A stretch of 64,000 nt of DNA from Dendrobates tinctorius (lineage: Eukaryota), in contig NW_027361819.1 in assembly GCF_039654945.1 (NCBI RefSeq), positions 5,580,001 to 5,644,000 on the forward strand. The letters are read 5' to 3'. This document shows, one piece after another, positions 1-12,782 of this stretch; the stretch's first letter is position 1; every line of letters starts with the position of its first letter. The notes beneath the pieces were generated by a model. The model saw only the letters and a program-made list of their open reading frames with translations, made no database searches and had not been told where the DNA came from. The translations under genes were made by a program, and so were the position numbers.

Positions 1-319
1 CCGCGTATCAAGCAAAAACTTCTCTGGATTTCCTCGCAACGCCAGATATAATGCCGCAAAGACTCCCAGTGTCAGACTCAGTGCAGTTATAGGGTGAATC
101 CAGAAACGGCGTCGGCGTAGAAGCAGGACACGCTGCCTTTGTTGCTCCTTCGCTGCCAAAGAATTGGCCTCAAAAGTGAAATCAATGTAAGCCTGCGCGA
201 TGCTCCCAATAATGGCTTCCATCTCGCTCCAAAGCAACAACCTCTCAGCAGGGTGTAAACCAAGGGAGGTATAGGGATTCCTGTGAACACCACGAGACAA
301 GGGTGGCTTTTGGGTGTTT

Positions 320-520
320 TTTAAAAACCGGATCCGGCAAAAAACGGACGAAACGGATGGAAAAACTGATGCAGCGGTTCCTTGCCGGATCCGGCCACCG
401 GACTATGCCACAACAGGGAAAAAACCGGAAACGGTGCATCAGTTTTTTACATTTTATGCCGGATCCGGCAATGCAGCACAGCACCTGATGCGAGATAACT
501 GAAGTGTGAAAGTCGCCTAA
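320..520. mobile_element. Partial MITE (Harbinger/PIF-like palindromic family), right end
   Basis: Repeated CCGGATCCGG palindromes; ends ...TGAAGTGTGAAAGTCGCC-TAA, resembling the end of the 2370-2841 MITE. Left boundary not resolved. Confidence 0.45.
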
Positions 521-600
521 TTTCACCCCAAAACCCATTCTGGCACAGAAAAGTCTCAAAAAAGCGGATCCGGTGCATTAATTGTTTGCCAATCTTCACT

Positions 601-2162
601 GGATACACGGCTCAGCAGTCAGTATCACACAGGAGAGGATTAGATACACGGCTCAGCAGTCAGTATCACACGGGATAGGATTAGATACACGGCTCAGCAG
701 TCAGTATCACACAGGAGAGGATTAGATACACGGCTCAGCAGTCAGTATCACACGGGATAGGATTAGATACACGGCTCAGCAGTCAGTATCACACAGGAGA
801 GGATTAGATACACGGCTCAGCAGTCAGTATCACACGGGATAGGATTAGATACACGGCTCAGCAGTCAGTATCACACGGGATAGGATTAGATACATGGCTC
901 AGCAATCAGTGTCACACAGGAGAGGATTAGATACACGGCTCAGCAGTCAGTATCACACAGGAGAGGATTAGATACATGGCTCAGCAGTCAGTATCACACA
1001 GGGGAGGATTAGATACATGGCTCAGCAGTCAGTATCACACAGGATAGGATTAGATACACAGCTCAGCAGTCAGTATCACACAGGAGAGGATTAGATACAC
1101 GGCTCAGCAGTCAGTATCACACAGGAGAGGATTAGATACATGGCTCAGCAGTCAGTATCACACAGGGGAGGATTAGATACACGGCTCAGCAGACAGTATC
1201 ACACAGGATAGGATTAGATACACAGCTCAGCAGTCAGTATTAAACAGGATAGGATTAGATACACGGCTCAGCAGTCAGTATCACACAGGAGAGGATTAGA
1301 TACACGGCTCAGCAATCAGTATCACACAGGACAGGATTAGATACACGGCTCAGCAGTCACTATCACACAGGAGAGGATTAGATACACGGCTCAGAAGTCA
1401 GTATCACACAGGAAAGGATTAGATACACGGCTCAGCAATCAGTATCACACAGGAGAGGATTAGATACACGGCTCAGCAGTCAGTATCACACAGGAGAGGA
1501 TTAGATACACGGCTCAGCAGTCAGTATCACACAGGAGAGGATTAGATACACGGCTCAGCAGTCAGTATCACACAGGAGAGGATTAGATACACGGCTCAGC
1601 AGTCAGTATCACACAGGAGAGGATTAGATACACGGCTCAGCAGTCAGTATCACACAGGAGAGGATTAGATACATGGCTCAGCAGTCAGTATCACACAGGG
1701 GAGGATTAGATACACGGCTCAGCAGTCAGTATCACACAGGATAGGATTAGATACACGGCTCAGCAGTCAGTATCACACAGGAGAGGATTAGATACACGGC
1801 TCAGCAGTCAGTATCACACAGGAGAGGATTAGATACACGGCTCAGCAGTCAGTATCACACAGGAGAGGATTAGATACACGGCTCAGCAGTCAGTATCACA
1901 GGAGAGGATTAGATACACGGCTCAGCAGACAGTATCACACAGGATAGGATTAGATACACAGCTCAGCAGTCAGTATTAAACAGGATAGGATTAGATACAC
2001 GGCTCAGCAGTCAGTATCACACAGGAGAGGATTAGATACACGGCTCAGCAGTCAGTATCACACAGGATAGGATTAGATACACGGCTCAGCAGTCAGTATC
2101 ACACAGGAGAGGATTAGATACACGGCTCAGCAGTCAGTATCACACAGGAGAGGATTAGATAC
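601..2162. repeat. 41-bp tandem satellite, ~38 copies (GGCTCAGCAGTCAGTATCACACAGGAGAGGATTAGATACAC)
   Basis: Unit recurs at 609, 650, etc.; read directly. Confidence 0.97.
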
Positions 2163-2217
2163 TGGGTTCGGTATCTACCACACACCTCCCAGTGTCTGGA
2201 GAATATAACACTCGTCT

Positions 2218-2231
2218 CCAGCAGAGGGCGC
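2218..2231 (+). promoter_or_regulatory. Candidate CTCF site CCAGCAGAGGGCGC
   Basis: Matches the vertebrate CTCF core consensus CCASYAGRKGGCRS; binding not shown. Confidence 0.5.
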
Positions 2232-2249
2232 GCTCTTCCAGAGAGAACA

Positions 2250-2259
2250 GAAAGTGAAA
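2250..2259 (+). promoter_or_regulatory. Candidate ISRE/IRF-E GAAAGTGAAA
   Basis: GAAANNGAAA match in a unique CpG-containing patch, ~100 nt upstream of a strong splice donor and upstream of an interferon-inducible gene family member. Confidence 0.5.
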
Positions 2260-2358
2260 ATAACTTGTGTTCTCTGTAGACGGCGTCGGTGCAGCGGATG
2301 CACAGCGCAGAGATCACCGTCCGCCGTCTCGGGGGAACCTTCCATGCCAGTAGCCCAG
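2260..2358 (+). other. Candidate first exon of the GVIN gene (5' boundary uncertain)
   Basis: CpG-rich unique sequence ending CCCAG|GTAAGA (donor GT at 2359); ATG at 2344 gives MPVAQ, phase 0. Confidence 0.4.
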
Positions 2359-2369
2359 GTAAGAAGTAA

Positions 2370-2841
2370 GGCCTCTTTCACACATCAATTTTCTGGTGTC
2401 AGTCGCAATCCTGCAGTTTTGGAAAAACACGGATCCGTCGCAGATTGTGGAAAAACTGATGCGACGGATCTGTTTTTTCGCTGAATCCGACTGCCGTACC
2501 TGGTAATAATAATTGGAGCATGCTCAGTTTATAAAAGCGGAATCCATCGCTGGATCCTGCGCCCATAGCCTTCCATTACAGCCAACGACGGACGGCGCTG
2601 GATCCGTCACTGTCCGACTTTTCGACAGAGACAAAAAACGTTACTTTGTCCATCATCTCCGCCCGACGGACACAAAATTTACGATGGATCCAGCGAACGA
2701 CGGACGAAACGTGAGGCCATCCGTCGCTAATACAAGTCTATGAGAAAAAAACGGATTCAGCGGCAGGAGTCGCAGGATCCATTTTTTTAAAAAAATGACG
2801 GATTGTGACTGATGGCAAAAAAACTGATATGTGAAGGAGCC
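2370..2841. mobile_element. Non-autonomous MITE, PIF/Harbinger-like
   Basis: Imperfect TIRs GGCCTCTTTCACACATCA / TGATATGTGAAGGAGCC; TAA on both flanks (2367-2369, 2842-2844); internal CGGATCCG palindromes. Confidence 0.75.
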
Positions 2842-3247
2842 TAACGTCAAAGCTTCAGCTCAGCAATGTGCAGACGTTAGGAACTACAAGTCCCAGCACT
2901 GATAGGGAAAGGCTCCTGGTGCTTTCATGTCTGTTACTGAGCGATGCGAGTCCCATCATCTACACCTGCGTGTCTTCATTACAGAGGTGTGAAATGAATC
3001 AGAAAGCAGGAAAGGAAAGTTGGAACCCGAGCAGTGTGAATAGGAGGCTGCAGCCCCATGCGTTTTATCTAACCATCCCCTGAAAAGCTACAGGGACTAT
3101 AGGGAGCTGCTGTCAATCACTGGAGAGGGGGAAGAGAAGCCGGACGGGGACTATGGGGAGCTGCCTGAAACCATGATTCTGATGGCAAGATGCAGTGGGC
3201 TTCTTGCTCCTGTATACTCAGGTGTTTTCACCATTTTCTTCTGATAT

Positions 3248-3736
3248 ACCACTAGGGGGAGCTCCCTGTATACAGAGATACATGATAAGATCCTGTCTGC
3301 AGTCACCACTAGGGGGAGCTCCCTGTATACAGAGATACATGGTAAGATCCTGTCTGCAGTCACCACTAGGGGGAGCTCCCTGTATACAGAGATACATGAT
3401 AAGATCCTGTCTACAGCCACCACTAGGAGGAGCTCCCTGTATACAGAGATACATGATAAGATCCTGTCCTCTGCCACCACTAGGGGGAGCTCCCTGTATA
3501 CAGAGATACATGATAAGATCCTGTCTGCAGCCACCACTAGGGGGAGCTCCCTGTATACAGAGATACATGATAAGATCCTGTCTACAGCCACCACTAGGGG
3601 GAGCTCCCTGTATACAGAGATACATGATAAGATCCTGTCTGCAGCCACCACTAGGGGGAGCTCCCTGTATACAGAGATACATGATAAGATCCTGTCTGCA
3701 GTCACCACTAGGGGGAGCTCCCTGTATACAGAGATA
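3248..3736. repeat. 57-bp satellite, left part (~8.5 copies)
   Basis: Unit CCACTAGGGGGAGCTCCCTGTATACAGAGATACATGATAAGATCCTGTCTGCAGCCA. Confidence 0.97.
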
Positions 3737-5300
3737 CACTGTGTTCCAAATTATTATGCAAATGATATTTTTCTCTGATTTTCCTAAATAGTCGGTACAA
3801 ATGACAGTCAGTCTAATAAAAGTCATCACCGGTTAGAGTATACATTGAATTTTATTGAAGAAACCTCCCAATGATAACAGTATAATCTCCAAAATGAATA
3901 AAAACTCCAATTGCACTGTTCCGAATTATTAGGCACAGTAGAATTTCTAAACATTTGATCTGTTTTAAAGAACTGAAAATGCTCATTTGTGGAATTTGCA
4001 GCATTAGGAGGTCACATTCACCGAACAAAAAAGCTATTTAACTCCAAAACATCCTAACAGGCCAAGTTACATGCTATCATAGGAACCCTTCTGTGACATC
4101 ACCTTCACAATTCTTACATCCATTGAACTTGGGAGTTTTTGGAGAGTTTCTGCTTGTATTTCTTTGCATGAAGTCGGAATAGCCTCCCAGAGCTGCTGTT
4201 CTGATGTGAGCTGCCTCCCACCCTCATAGATCTTTTGCTTGATGATATTCCAAAGGTTCTCCATAGGGTTGAGGTCAGGGGAAGATGGTGGCCACACCAT
4301 GAGTTTATCTCCTTTTATGCCTATAGCAGTCAATGACTCGGAGCTCTTCTTTGCAGCATGAGATGGTGCACTGTCATGCACGAAGAGGATTTTGCTCCTG
4401 AAGGCACGTTTCTGCTTCTTATACCATGGAAGACAGCTGTCAGTCAGAAACTCTATATACTGATCAGTGGTCATTTTCACACCTTCAGGAGCCTTAAAGG
4501 GCCCTACCAGCTGTTTCCCCATGATTCCGGCCCAAAACAGACTCCTCCTCCTCCTTGCTGACGTCGCAGCCTTGTTGGGACATAGTGGCCATCCCCCAAC
4601 CATCCACCAACAATCCATCTGGACCATCCAGGGTTGCTGGACACTCATCATTATACAAGACTGAAAATTAGTCTTCATGTATGTCTGGACCCACTGCTAC
4701 AATTTCTGCTTGTGAACACTTTTTAGGGGTGGCCGAATAGTAGGTTTATGCAGCACAGCAAGCCTTTGAAGGATCCTACACCATGAGGTTCGAGGGACTC
4801 CAGAGGCACCAGCAGCTTTAAATATCTGTTTGCTGGTTTGTAATGGCTTTTTAGCAGCTGCTCTCTTACTCCGATGAACTTGCCTGGCAGAAACCTTCCT
4901 CATTCTGCCTTTATCAGCACAAACATGTCTGTGCTCAGAATCAACCACAAATCTCTTAACAGTACGATGGTCACATTTAAATTTTTGGGAAATATCTAAT
5001 GTTTTCATCTCTTGACCAAGGCATTGCACTATTTGATGCTTTTCAGCAGCAGAGAGGTCCTTTTTCTTTCCTAAATTCCTTGAAACCTGTGCCCTGCTTA
5101 ATAATGTGGAACATCATTCTTAAATAGTTTTCCTTTAATTGAGCTCACCTGGTAAACTAATTATCACAGGCATTTGAGATTGATTTCTGTGATCCAAAGA
5201 GCCCTGATACACAATACCATCTATGAGTTTATTTGAAAAACAAAAAATTACATCTTTATGACACTTAAATCCAATTTGCATAATAATTTGGAACGCAGTG
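3737..5300 (-). mobile_element. Tc1/mariner DNA transposon (defective) inserted in the 57-bp satellite
   Basis: 25-bp TIRs CACTGTGTTCCAAATTATTATGCAA / TTGCATAATAATTTGGAACGCAGTG; TA TSD (3735-3736, 5301-5302); the satellite resumes in register (GAGATA|CATGATAA). Confidence 0.95.
4067..5029 (-). pseudogene. Tc1 transposase pseudogene (DD34E type)
   Basis: N-terminal HTH-like piece (4697-5029) and catalytic piece with VHDSAPSH and WPPSSPDLNPMENLW; split ORF; region of the first catalytic D is frameshifted. Confidence 0.9.
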
Positions 5301-7335
5301 TACATGATAAAATCCTGTCTGCAGTCACCACTAGGGGGAGCTTCCTGTATACAGATACTTGATGAGATCCTGTCTGCAGCCACCACTAGGGGGAGCTCCC
5401 TGTATACAGAGATACTTAATAAGATCCTGTCTGCAGCCACCACTAGGGGGAGCTCCCTGTATACAGAGATACATGATAAGAGCCTGTCTGCAGCCAACAC
5501 TAGGGGGAGCTCCCTGTATACAGAGATACATGATAAGATCCTGTCTGCAACCACCACTAGGGGGAGCTCCCTGTATACAGAGATACATGATAAGAGCCTG
5601 TCTGCAGCCAACACTAGGGGGAGCTCCCTGTATACAGAAATACATGATAAGATCCTGTCTGCAGTCACCAAAAGGGGGAGCTCCCTGTATACAGAGATAC
5701 ATTATAAGATCCAGTCTGCAGTCACCACTAGGGGGAGCTCCCTGTATACAGAGATACATGATAAGGTTCTCTCTGCAGCCACCACTAGGGGGAGCTCCCT
5801 GTATACAGAGATACATAATAAGATCCTGTCTGCAGCTACCACTAGGGGGAGCTCCCTGTATACAGAGATACATGATAAGATCCTGTCTGCAGCCACCACT
5901 AGGGGGAGCTCCCTGTATACAGAGATACATGATAAGGTCCTGTCTGCAGCCACCACTAGGGGGAGCTGTCTGCATACAGAGATACATGATAAGATCCTGT
6001 CTGCAGCCACCACTAGGGGGAGCTTTCTGTATACAGAGATACATGATAAGATCCTGTCTGCAGCCACCACTAGGGGGAGCTCCCTGTATACAGAGATACA
6101 TTATAAGATCCAGTCTGCAGTCACCACTAGGGGGAGCTCCCTGTATACAGAGATACATGATAAGGTTCTCTCTGCAGCCACCACTAGGGGGAGCTCCCTG
6201 TATACAGAGATATATAATAAGATCCTGTCTGCAGCCACCACTAGGGGGAGCTCCCTGTATACAGAGATACATGATAAGATCCTGTCTGCAGCCACCACTA
6301 GGGGGAGCTCCCTGTATACAGAGATACATGATAAGGTCCTGTCTGCAGCCACCACTAGGGGGAGCTGTCTGTATACAGAGATACATGATAAGATCCTGTC
6401 TGCAGCCACCACTAGGGGGAGCTTTCTGTATACAGAGATACATGATAAGATCCTGTCTGCAGCCACCACTAGGGGGAGCTCCCTGTATACAGAGATACAT
6501 GATAAGATCCTGTCTGCAGCTACCACTAGGGGGAGCTCCCTGTATTCAGAGATACATGATAAGATACTGTCTGCAGTCACCACTAGGGGGAGCTCTCTGT
6601 ATACAGAGATACATGATAACATCCTGTCTGCGGTCTCCACTAGGGGGAGCTCTCTGTATGCAGAGATACATGATAAGGTTCTCTCTGCAGCCACCACTAG
6701 GGGGAGCTCCCTGTATACAGAGATACATGATAAGATCCTGTCTGCAGCCACCACTAGGGGGAGCTGTCTGTCTACAGAGATACATGATAAGATCCTGTCT
6801 GCAGCCACCACTAGGGGGAGCTCTCTGTATACAGAGATACATGATAAGATCCTGTCTGCAGCCACCACCAGGGGGAGCTCCCTGTATACAGAGATACATG
6901 ATAAGATCCTGTCTGCAACCACCACCAGGGGGAGCTCCCTGTATTCAGAGATACATGATAAGATACTGTCTGCAGCCACCACTAGGGAGAGCTCCCTGTA
7001 TACAGAGATACATGATAAGATCTTGTCTGCAGCCACCACTAGGGGGAGCTCCCTGTATTCAGAGATACATGATAAGATCCTGTCTGCAGCCACCACTAGG
7101 GGGAGCTCCCTGTATTCAGAGATACATGATAAGATCCTGTCTGCAGCCACCACTAGGGGGAGCTCCCTGTATACAGAGATACATGATAACATCCTGTCTG
7201 CAGCCACCACTAGGGGGAGCTCCCTGTATACAGAGATACATGATAACATCCTGTCTGCGGTCTCCACTAGGGGGAGCTCTCTGTATGCAGAGATACATGA
7301 TAAGGTTCTCTCTGCAGCCACCACTAGGGGGTGCT
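5301..7335. repeat. 57-bp satellite, right part (~35 copies)
   Basis: Same unit as 3248-3736; explains the long 19-aa-periodic ORFs. Confidence 0.97.
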
Positions 7336-7821
7336 CCTTGTTTAAGCTGGAGCCTTACACCATCTGACACTGTGTAGTGAATGTAGGGATCGGAGGTAAA
7401 TAGTCCCTGAAAGTTCTTCACTTATTTATACATTTTCCCGATGAATAACTGAGGAACATTACAAAACAGAATATAAAGGTGTACGGTGTCGGACATATTC
7501 TCTTTACATAGTGATTTTTTTCCCATGCCTTCTGTTATTGTACAGAAGGGCAGACTGAGATTCTGGGGCCCATTAGGGCCACGGTGCTGGGGACATTGCA
7601 GCCGTACAGCTGAGTTGCTCCTGAGTTTGCGTTGAGGCTAATCGTCACCGTTCTTCATCTGCAGGAAGCTGCTCAGGTTGTTGGCATTCAGAATATACGA
7701 GATCTGCAGAACATGACAGCCGCATTCAGAAAGGAGCAATAGTCTGCAGCCCTCTACAGAGGCAAACGAAAAACCAGCTCAGCCAGTATAAACCAGAGTA
7801 AACCAGTTACATTTGAGAACT

Positions 7822-7833
7822 AAAAGTGAAACC
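7822..7833 (+). promoter_or_regulatory. Second IRF-E-like motif AAAAGTGAAACC
   Basis: Consensus match only. Confidence 0.3.
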
Positions 7834-8031
7834 TACAGGCTGAATCCAGAGATAATGTCGTCATTTTGCAAATGATTTTTTGTCACAATTTTTGTAATTT
7901 GTCAATTAATTTAGTTTTTTTTCTTTATTTGGACCCAGAGATGAGTGTTGTAGTGGGTGTAGGGATCATAGCGACAGTAAGGATCATAGTGATTGTAAGG
8001 ATCATAGTGACAAGGATTATGGTGGCTGTAA

Positions 8032-8409
8032 AGGGCCCGTCACACTACGCGACATCGCTGTAACGTCACTGGTTTTTGTGACGTAGCAGCGATATCGCTG
8101 TGTCTGATACCTCCGGCCGCTCCCCTGCTGCTCATTGCTGGTCGCCCGTGAACGTCCAGGACTGTTTCTCATCATCCGCTTCCTGCGGCGCTTCCTGCTG
8201 TGACGACGAGTGACGCGTGGCGCCGGGGGGAGGACGTCAAGATCGCCTCGTCTGACAGGTAAGTAGTGACCCCCGACCCCTGCGATGTCGCTGGTGAGAT
8301 CTTCCTGTGTGGCAGCTCACTAGCGACCACTTTGCGATGCACCAGCGATCCTGACCGGCTCGTATCACTGGTCGGAATCGCTGGTGCATCGCTAAGTGTG
8401 ATGGAGCCT
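8032..8409. mobile_element. Palindromic MITE, PIF/Harbinger-like
   Basis: TIRs AGGGCCCGTCACACT / AGTGTGATGGAGCCT; TAA flanks at 8029-8031 and 8410-8412; CpG-rich interior. Confidence 0.75.
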
Positions 8410-8607
8410 TAAGGATTGTGTTGACTCAGTAGTGTAGCTAGCAGGGGGGCAGAGGGGGCAGTCGACCCGGGCCCCTTGCTCTGACAGGGCCCACCCACAC
8501 CCAGAGCTTCTACCACTGTTAACCATGTCAGCGTGTTCAGATCACCGATGTAATTAAGCTTCTCTGTATAGTGAAGGGACACTATTCCTTTAAGCTTCCT
8601 CCAGCAA

Positions 8608-11247
8608 ACTGCAGACACTGCTCCCTGTGTGACTGCAGACACGCCCACACTGGTGCCTGTGTGACTGCAGACACGCCCACACTGCTCCCTGTGTGACTGC
8701 AGACACGCCCACACTGGTGCCTGTGTGACTGCAGACACGCCCACACTGCTCCCTGTGACTGCAGACACGCCCACACTGCTCCCTGTGTGACTGCAGACAC
8801 GCCCACACTGCTCCCTGTGTGACTGCAGACACGCCCACACTGCTCCCTGTGTGACTGCAGACACTCCCACACTGCTCCCTGTGTGACTGCAGACACGCCC
8901 ATACTGCTCCCTGTGTGACTGCAGACACGCCCACACTGCTCCCTGTGTGACTGCAGACACGCCCACACTGCTCCCTGTGAGACTGCAGACACGCCCACAC
9001 TGCTCCCTGTGTGACTGCAGACACGCCCACACTGCTCCCTGCGTGACTGCAGACACGCCCACACTGCTCCCTGTGTGACTGCAGACACGCCGACACTGCT
9101 CCCTGTGTGACTGCAGACACGCCCACACTGCTCCCTGTGAGACTGCAGACACGCCCACACTGCTCCCTGTGTGACTGCAGACACGCCCACACTGCTCCCT
9201 GTGAGACTGCAGACACGCCCACACTGCTCCCTGTGTGACTGCAGACACGCCCACACTGCTCCCTGTCTGACTGCAGACACGCCCACACTGCTCCCTGTGT
9301 GACTGCAGACACGCCCACACTGCTCCCTGCGAGATTGCAGACACGCCCACACTGCTCCCTGCGTGACTGCAGACACGCCCACACTGCTCCCTGTGTGACT
9401 GCAGACACGCCCACACTGCTCCCTGTGTGACTGCAGACACGCCCACACTGCTCCCTGTGTGAGTGCAGACACGCCCACACTGCTCCCTGTGTGACTGCAG
9501 ACACGCCCACACTGCTCCCTGTGTGACTGCAGACACGCCCACACTGCTCCCTGTGTGACTGCAGACACGCCCACACTGTTCCCTGTGTGACTGCAGACAC
9601 GCCCACACTGCTCCCTGTGTGACTGCAGACACGCCCACACTGCTCCCTGTGTGAGTGCAGACACGCCCACACTGCTCCCTGTGTGACTGCAGACACGCCC
9701 ACACTGCTCCCTGCGTGACTGCAGACACGCCCACACTGCTCCCTGTGTGAGTGCAGACACGCCCACACTGCTCCCTGTGTGAGTGCAGACACGCCCACAC
9801 TGCTCCCTGTGTGACTGCAGACACGCCCACACTGCTCCCTGTGTGAGTGCAGACACGCCCACACTGCTCCCTGTGTGAGTGCAGACACGCCCACACTGCT
9901 CCCTGTGTGACTGCAGACACGCCCACACTGCTCCCTGCGTGACTGCAGACACGCCCACACTGCTCCCTGTGTGACTGCAGACACGCCCACACTGCTCCCT
10001 GTGTGAGTGCAGACACGCCCACACTGCTCCCTGTGTGAGTGCAGACACGCCCACACTGCTCCCTGTGTGAGTGCAGACACGCCCACACTGCTCCCTGTGT
10101 GAGTGCAGACACGCCCACACTGCTCCCTGTGTGAGTGCAGACACGCCCACACTGCTCCCTGTGTGACTGCAGACACGCCGACACTGCTCCCTGTGTGAGT
10201 GCAGACACGCCCACACTGCTCCCTGTGTGAGTGCAGACACGCCCACACTGCTCCCTGTGTGACTGCAGACACGCCCACACTGCTCCCTGTGTGAGTGCAG
10301 ACACGCCCACACTGCTCCCTGTGTGAGTGCAGACACGCCCACACTGCTCCCTGTGTGAGTGCAGACACGCCCACACTGCTCCCTGCGTGACTGCAGACAC
10401 GCCCACACTGCTCCCTGTGTGACTGCAGACACGCCCACACTGCTCCCTGTGTGACTGCAGACACGCCGACACTGCTCCCTGTGTGAGTGCAGACACGCCC
10501 ACACTGCTCCCTGTGTGAGTGCAGACACGCCCACACTGCTCCCTGTGTGAGTGCAGACACGCCCACACTGCTCCCTGTGTGACTGCAGACACGCCCACAC
10601 TGCTCCCTGTGTGAGTGCAGACACGCCCACACTGCTCCCTGTGTGACTGCAGACACGCCCACACTGCTCCCTGTGTGACTGCAGACACGCCCACACTGCT
10701 CCCTGTGTGACTGCAGAAACGCCCACACTGCTCCCTGTGTGACTGCAGACACGCCCACACTGCTCCCTGTGTGACTGCAGACACGCCGACACTGCTCCCT
10801 GTGTGACTGCAGACACGCCGACACTGCTCCCTGTGTGACTGCAGACACGCCCACACTGCTCCCTGTGTGACTGCAGACACGCCCACACTGCTCCCTGTGT
10901 GACTGCAGACACGCCCACACTGCTCCCTGTGAGACTGCAGACACGCCCACACTGCTCCCTGTGAGACTGCAGACACGCCCACACTGCTCCCTGTGTGACT
11001 GCAGACACGCCCACACTGCTCCCTGTGTGACTGCAGACACGCCCACACTGCTCCCTGTGTGACTGCAGACACGCCGACACTGCTCCCTGTGTGACTGCAG
11101 ACACGCCGACACTGCTCCCTGTGAGACTGCAGACACGCCCACACTGCTCCCTGTGTGACTGCAGACACGCCGACACTGCTCCCTGTGTGACTGCAGACAC
11201 GCCCACACTGCTCCCTGTGTGACTGCAGACACGCCCACACTGCTCCC
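8608..11247. repeat. 32-bp minisatellite, ~82 copies (ACACTGCTCCCTGTGTGACTGCAGACACGCCC)
   Basis: Read directly; lies within the hAT element. Confidence 0.97.
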
Positions 11248-11559
11248 CACAGACAGAGACATTAGAAGGAGCTGTGAGAACTCGGGGCCCTGAGGTGTCT
11301 GTGCAGTGATGAGGGGCAGGACGCTGCTCCTCTCCTGACAAGTCCTGGATGGTTTATTGTTTGCGGTCCTGTATCTGAGGCACAGTAGGTTTGTGGCGGC
11401 TACTTGAACTTTTATACAGCTCAGAAGGCGTCGCTGTCAGTGCAAATCAGCTGCCACAAATCTCACTGCGCCTCAGAGCCACTGACAGGAGAGGTCCGTA
11501 TCATGCTCTTCCCTAATAGACGTCACAGCACAGAGAAGAGTATGTGACGTTCCCTCTTC

Positions 11560-11583
11560 ATATATATATATATATATATATAT
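11560..11583. repeat. (AT)n microsatellite
   Basis: Read directly. Confidence 0.9.
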
Positions 11584-12782
11584 AATATACACACAGGTAA
11601 ATGTAAAAATCTATAGTAGCAAAAAAAGAAGGCAGAGCACCATGAACAACATAAAAAAATAGTGTTTCAATAGCTCATTGGGGCTCAGCAATGTTCCGGT
11701 TCTACTGAGAACCTTTCCCAGGAGAGCCAAAACTCATTTTTTTTCATTCTGTATAACTGGTGAGCCGCCTTCATTTTTTGCTGCTATATTGAAGATCGGT
11801 CAACGCCTGGAATGTTTGGCAGCCGTATATTTCATATCTCTCTACATATACAGTATATATACACACACACCCTGTGACTTGGTCCTGTAGCCGGTGAGGG
11901 TCCTATCATCTCATATTGTAAATCCAGGGTGGCCAGCATGAAAACCCAATTACAGTATATAACTTTTTATTAAAAAAAATAATCCCCACAAAGTTGATGA
12001 TGAATATATATATATGATAAAGAGGCAAATAGAAGAAAATATAAACAGCCAGCAGGTACGTATAGCTGATCACATATAGACCCCTGAACATATACTCTGG
12101 ACAAGACCCCCCCCAAAGGCAGAAAAGGGAATAACAGAGGAGACGTACCAGGGGGCACTTTCTTCTTTACATGAGTAATATTTTACCTCCCTCTCTTCTA
12201 ATTCCCTCTTTCTTTCCATTTCCCTCTTTGGGGTCTTGTCCAGGCAAGAGTATTTCTTTTAGGGTCACCTGGACACATTCAGGGAGCTGTCCCCATACGC
12301 CGGCCTCTATACACACCCAATATCTGTTTCTAGTTTCTTCTACTTAGTTCTTTGCCTTATATATCAGGGCCGTGCAAGTTGTAGCCACAGACAGGGACCG
12401 ACAGAGACCAGAGTCAGAAGAATGGGAGCTACAGTGGGGGGCATTAGACAGTGTTAGAGCTAATTCAGGGGTCATTGTACAATGGATGAGCGAATGCGAC
12501 AGCCAATATTCAGCGTGAGAGCTAATGCAGGGGCCATTACACAGCCGATGAGCTAATGCGGGGGTCATTATAGAGTATAGGAGCTAAGGTGGGGCCAGTG
12601 TATGCAGGGGTCATTATACAGTATAGGAGCAAATGTAGGGGTCATTATACAGTCCAGTTTCAAGGCTACTGTGGGGGCCATCATACAGTATGGGGGCCTA
12701 TATACAGTGTGGGAGCTATTGTGAGGGCACAAAAGAGACATTCTGCTATGTATAGGGCACAATGGTGGCATTATTATGTAAC

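Noticed and set aside
5298-7421. Long repetitive ORFs on both strands
   Set aside because: The 57-bp (3n) satellite is open in several frames; no sign of real coding.
8409-11341. Three ~900-aa minus-strand ORFs
   Set aside because: Artefact of a stop-free 32-bp repeat; the same peptide cycles through all frames.
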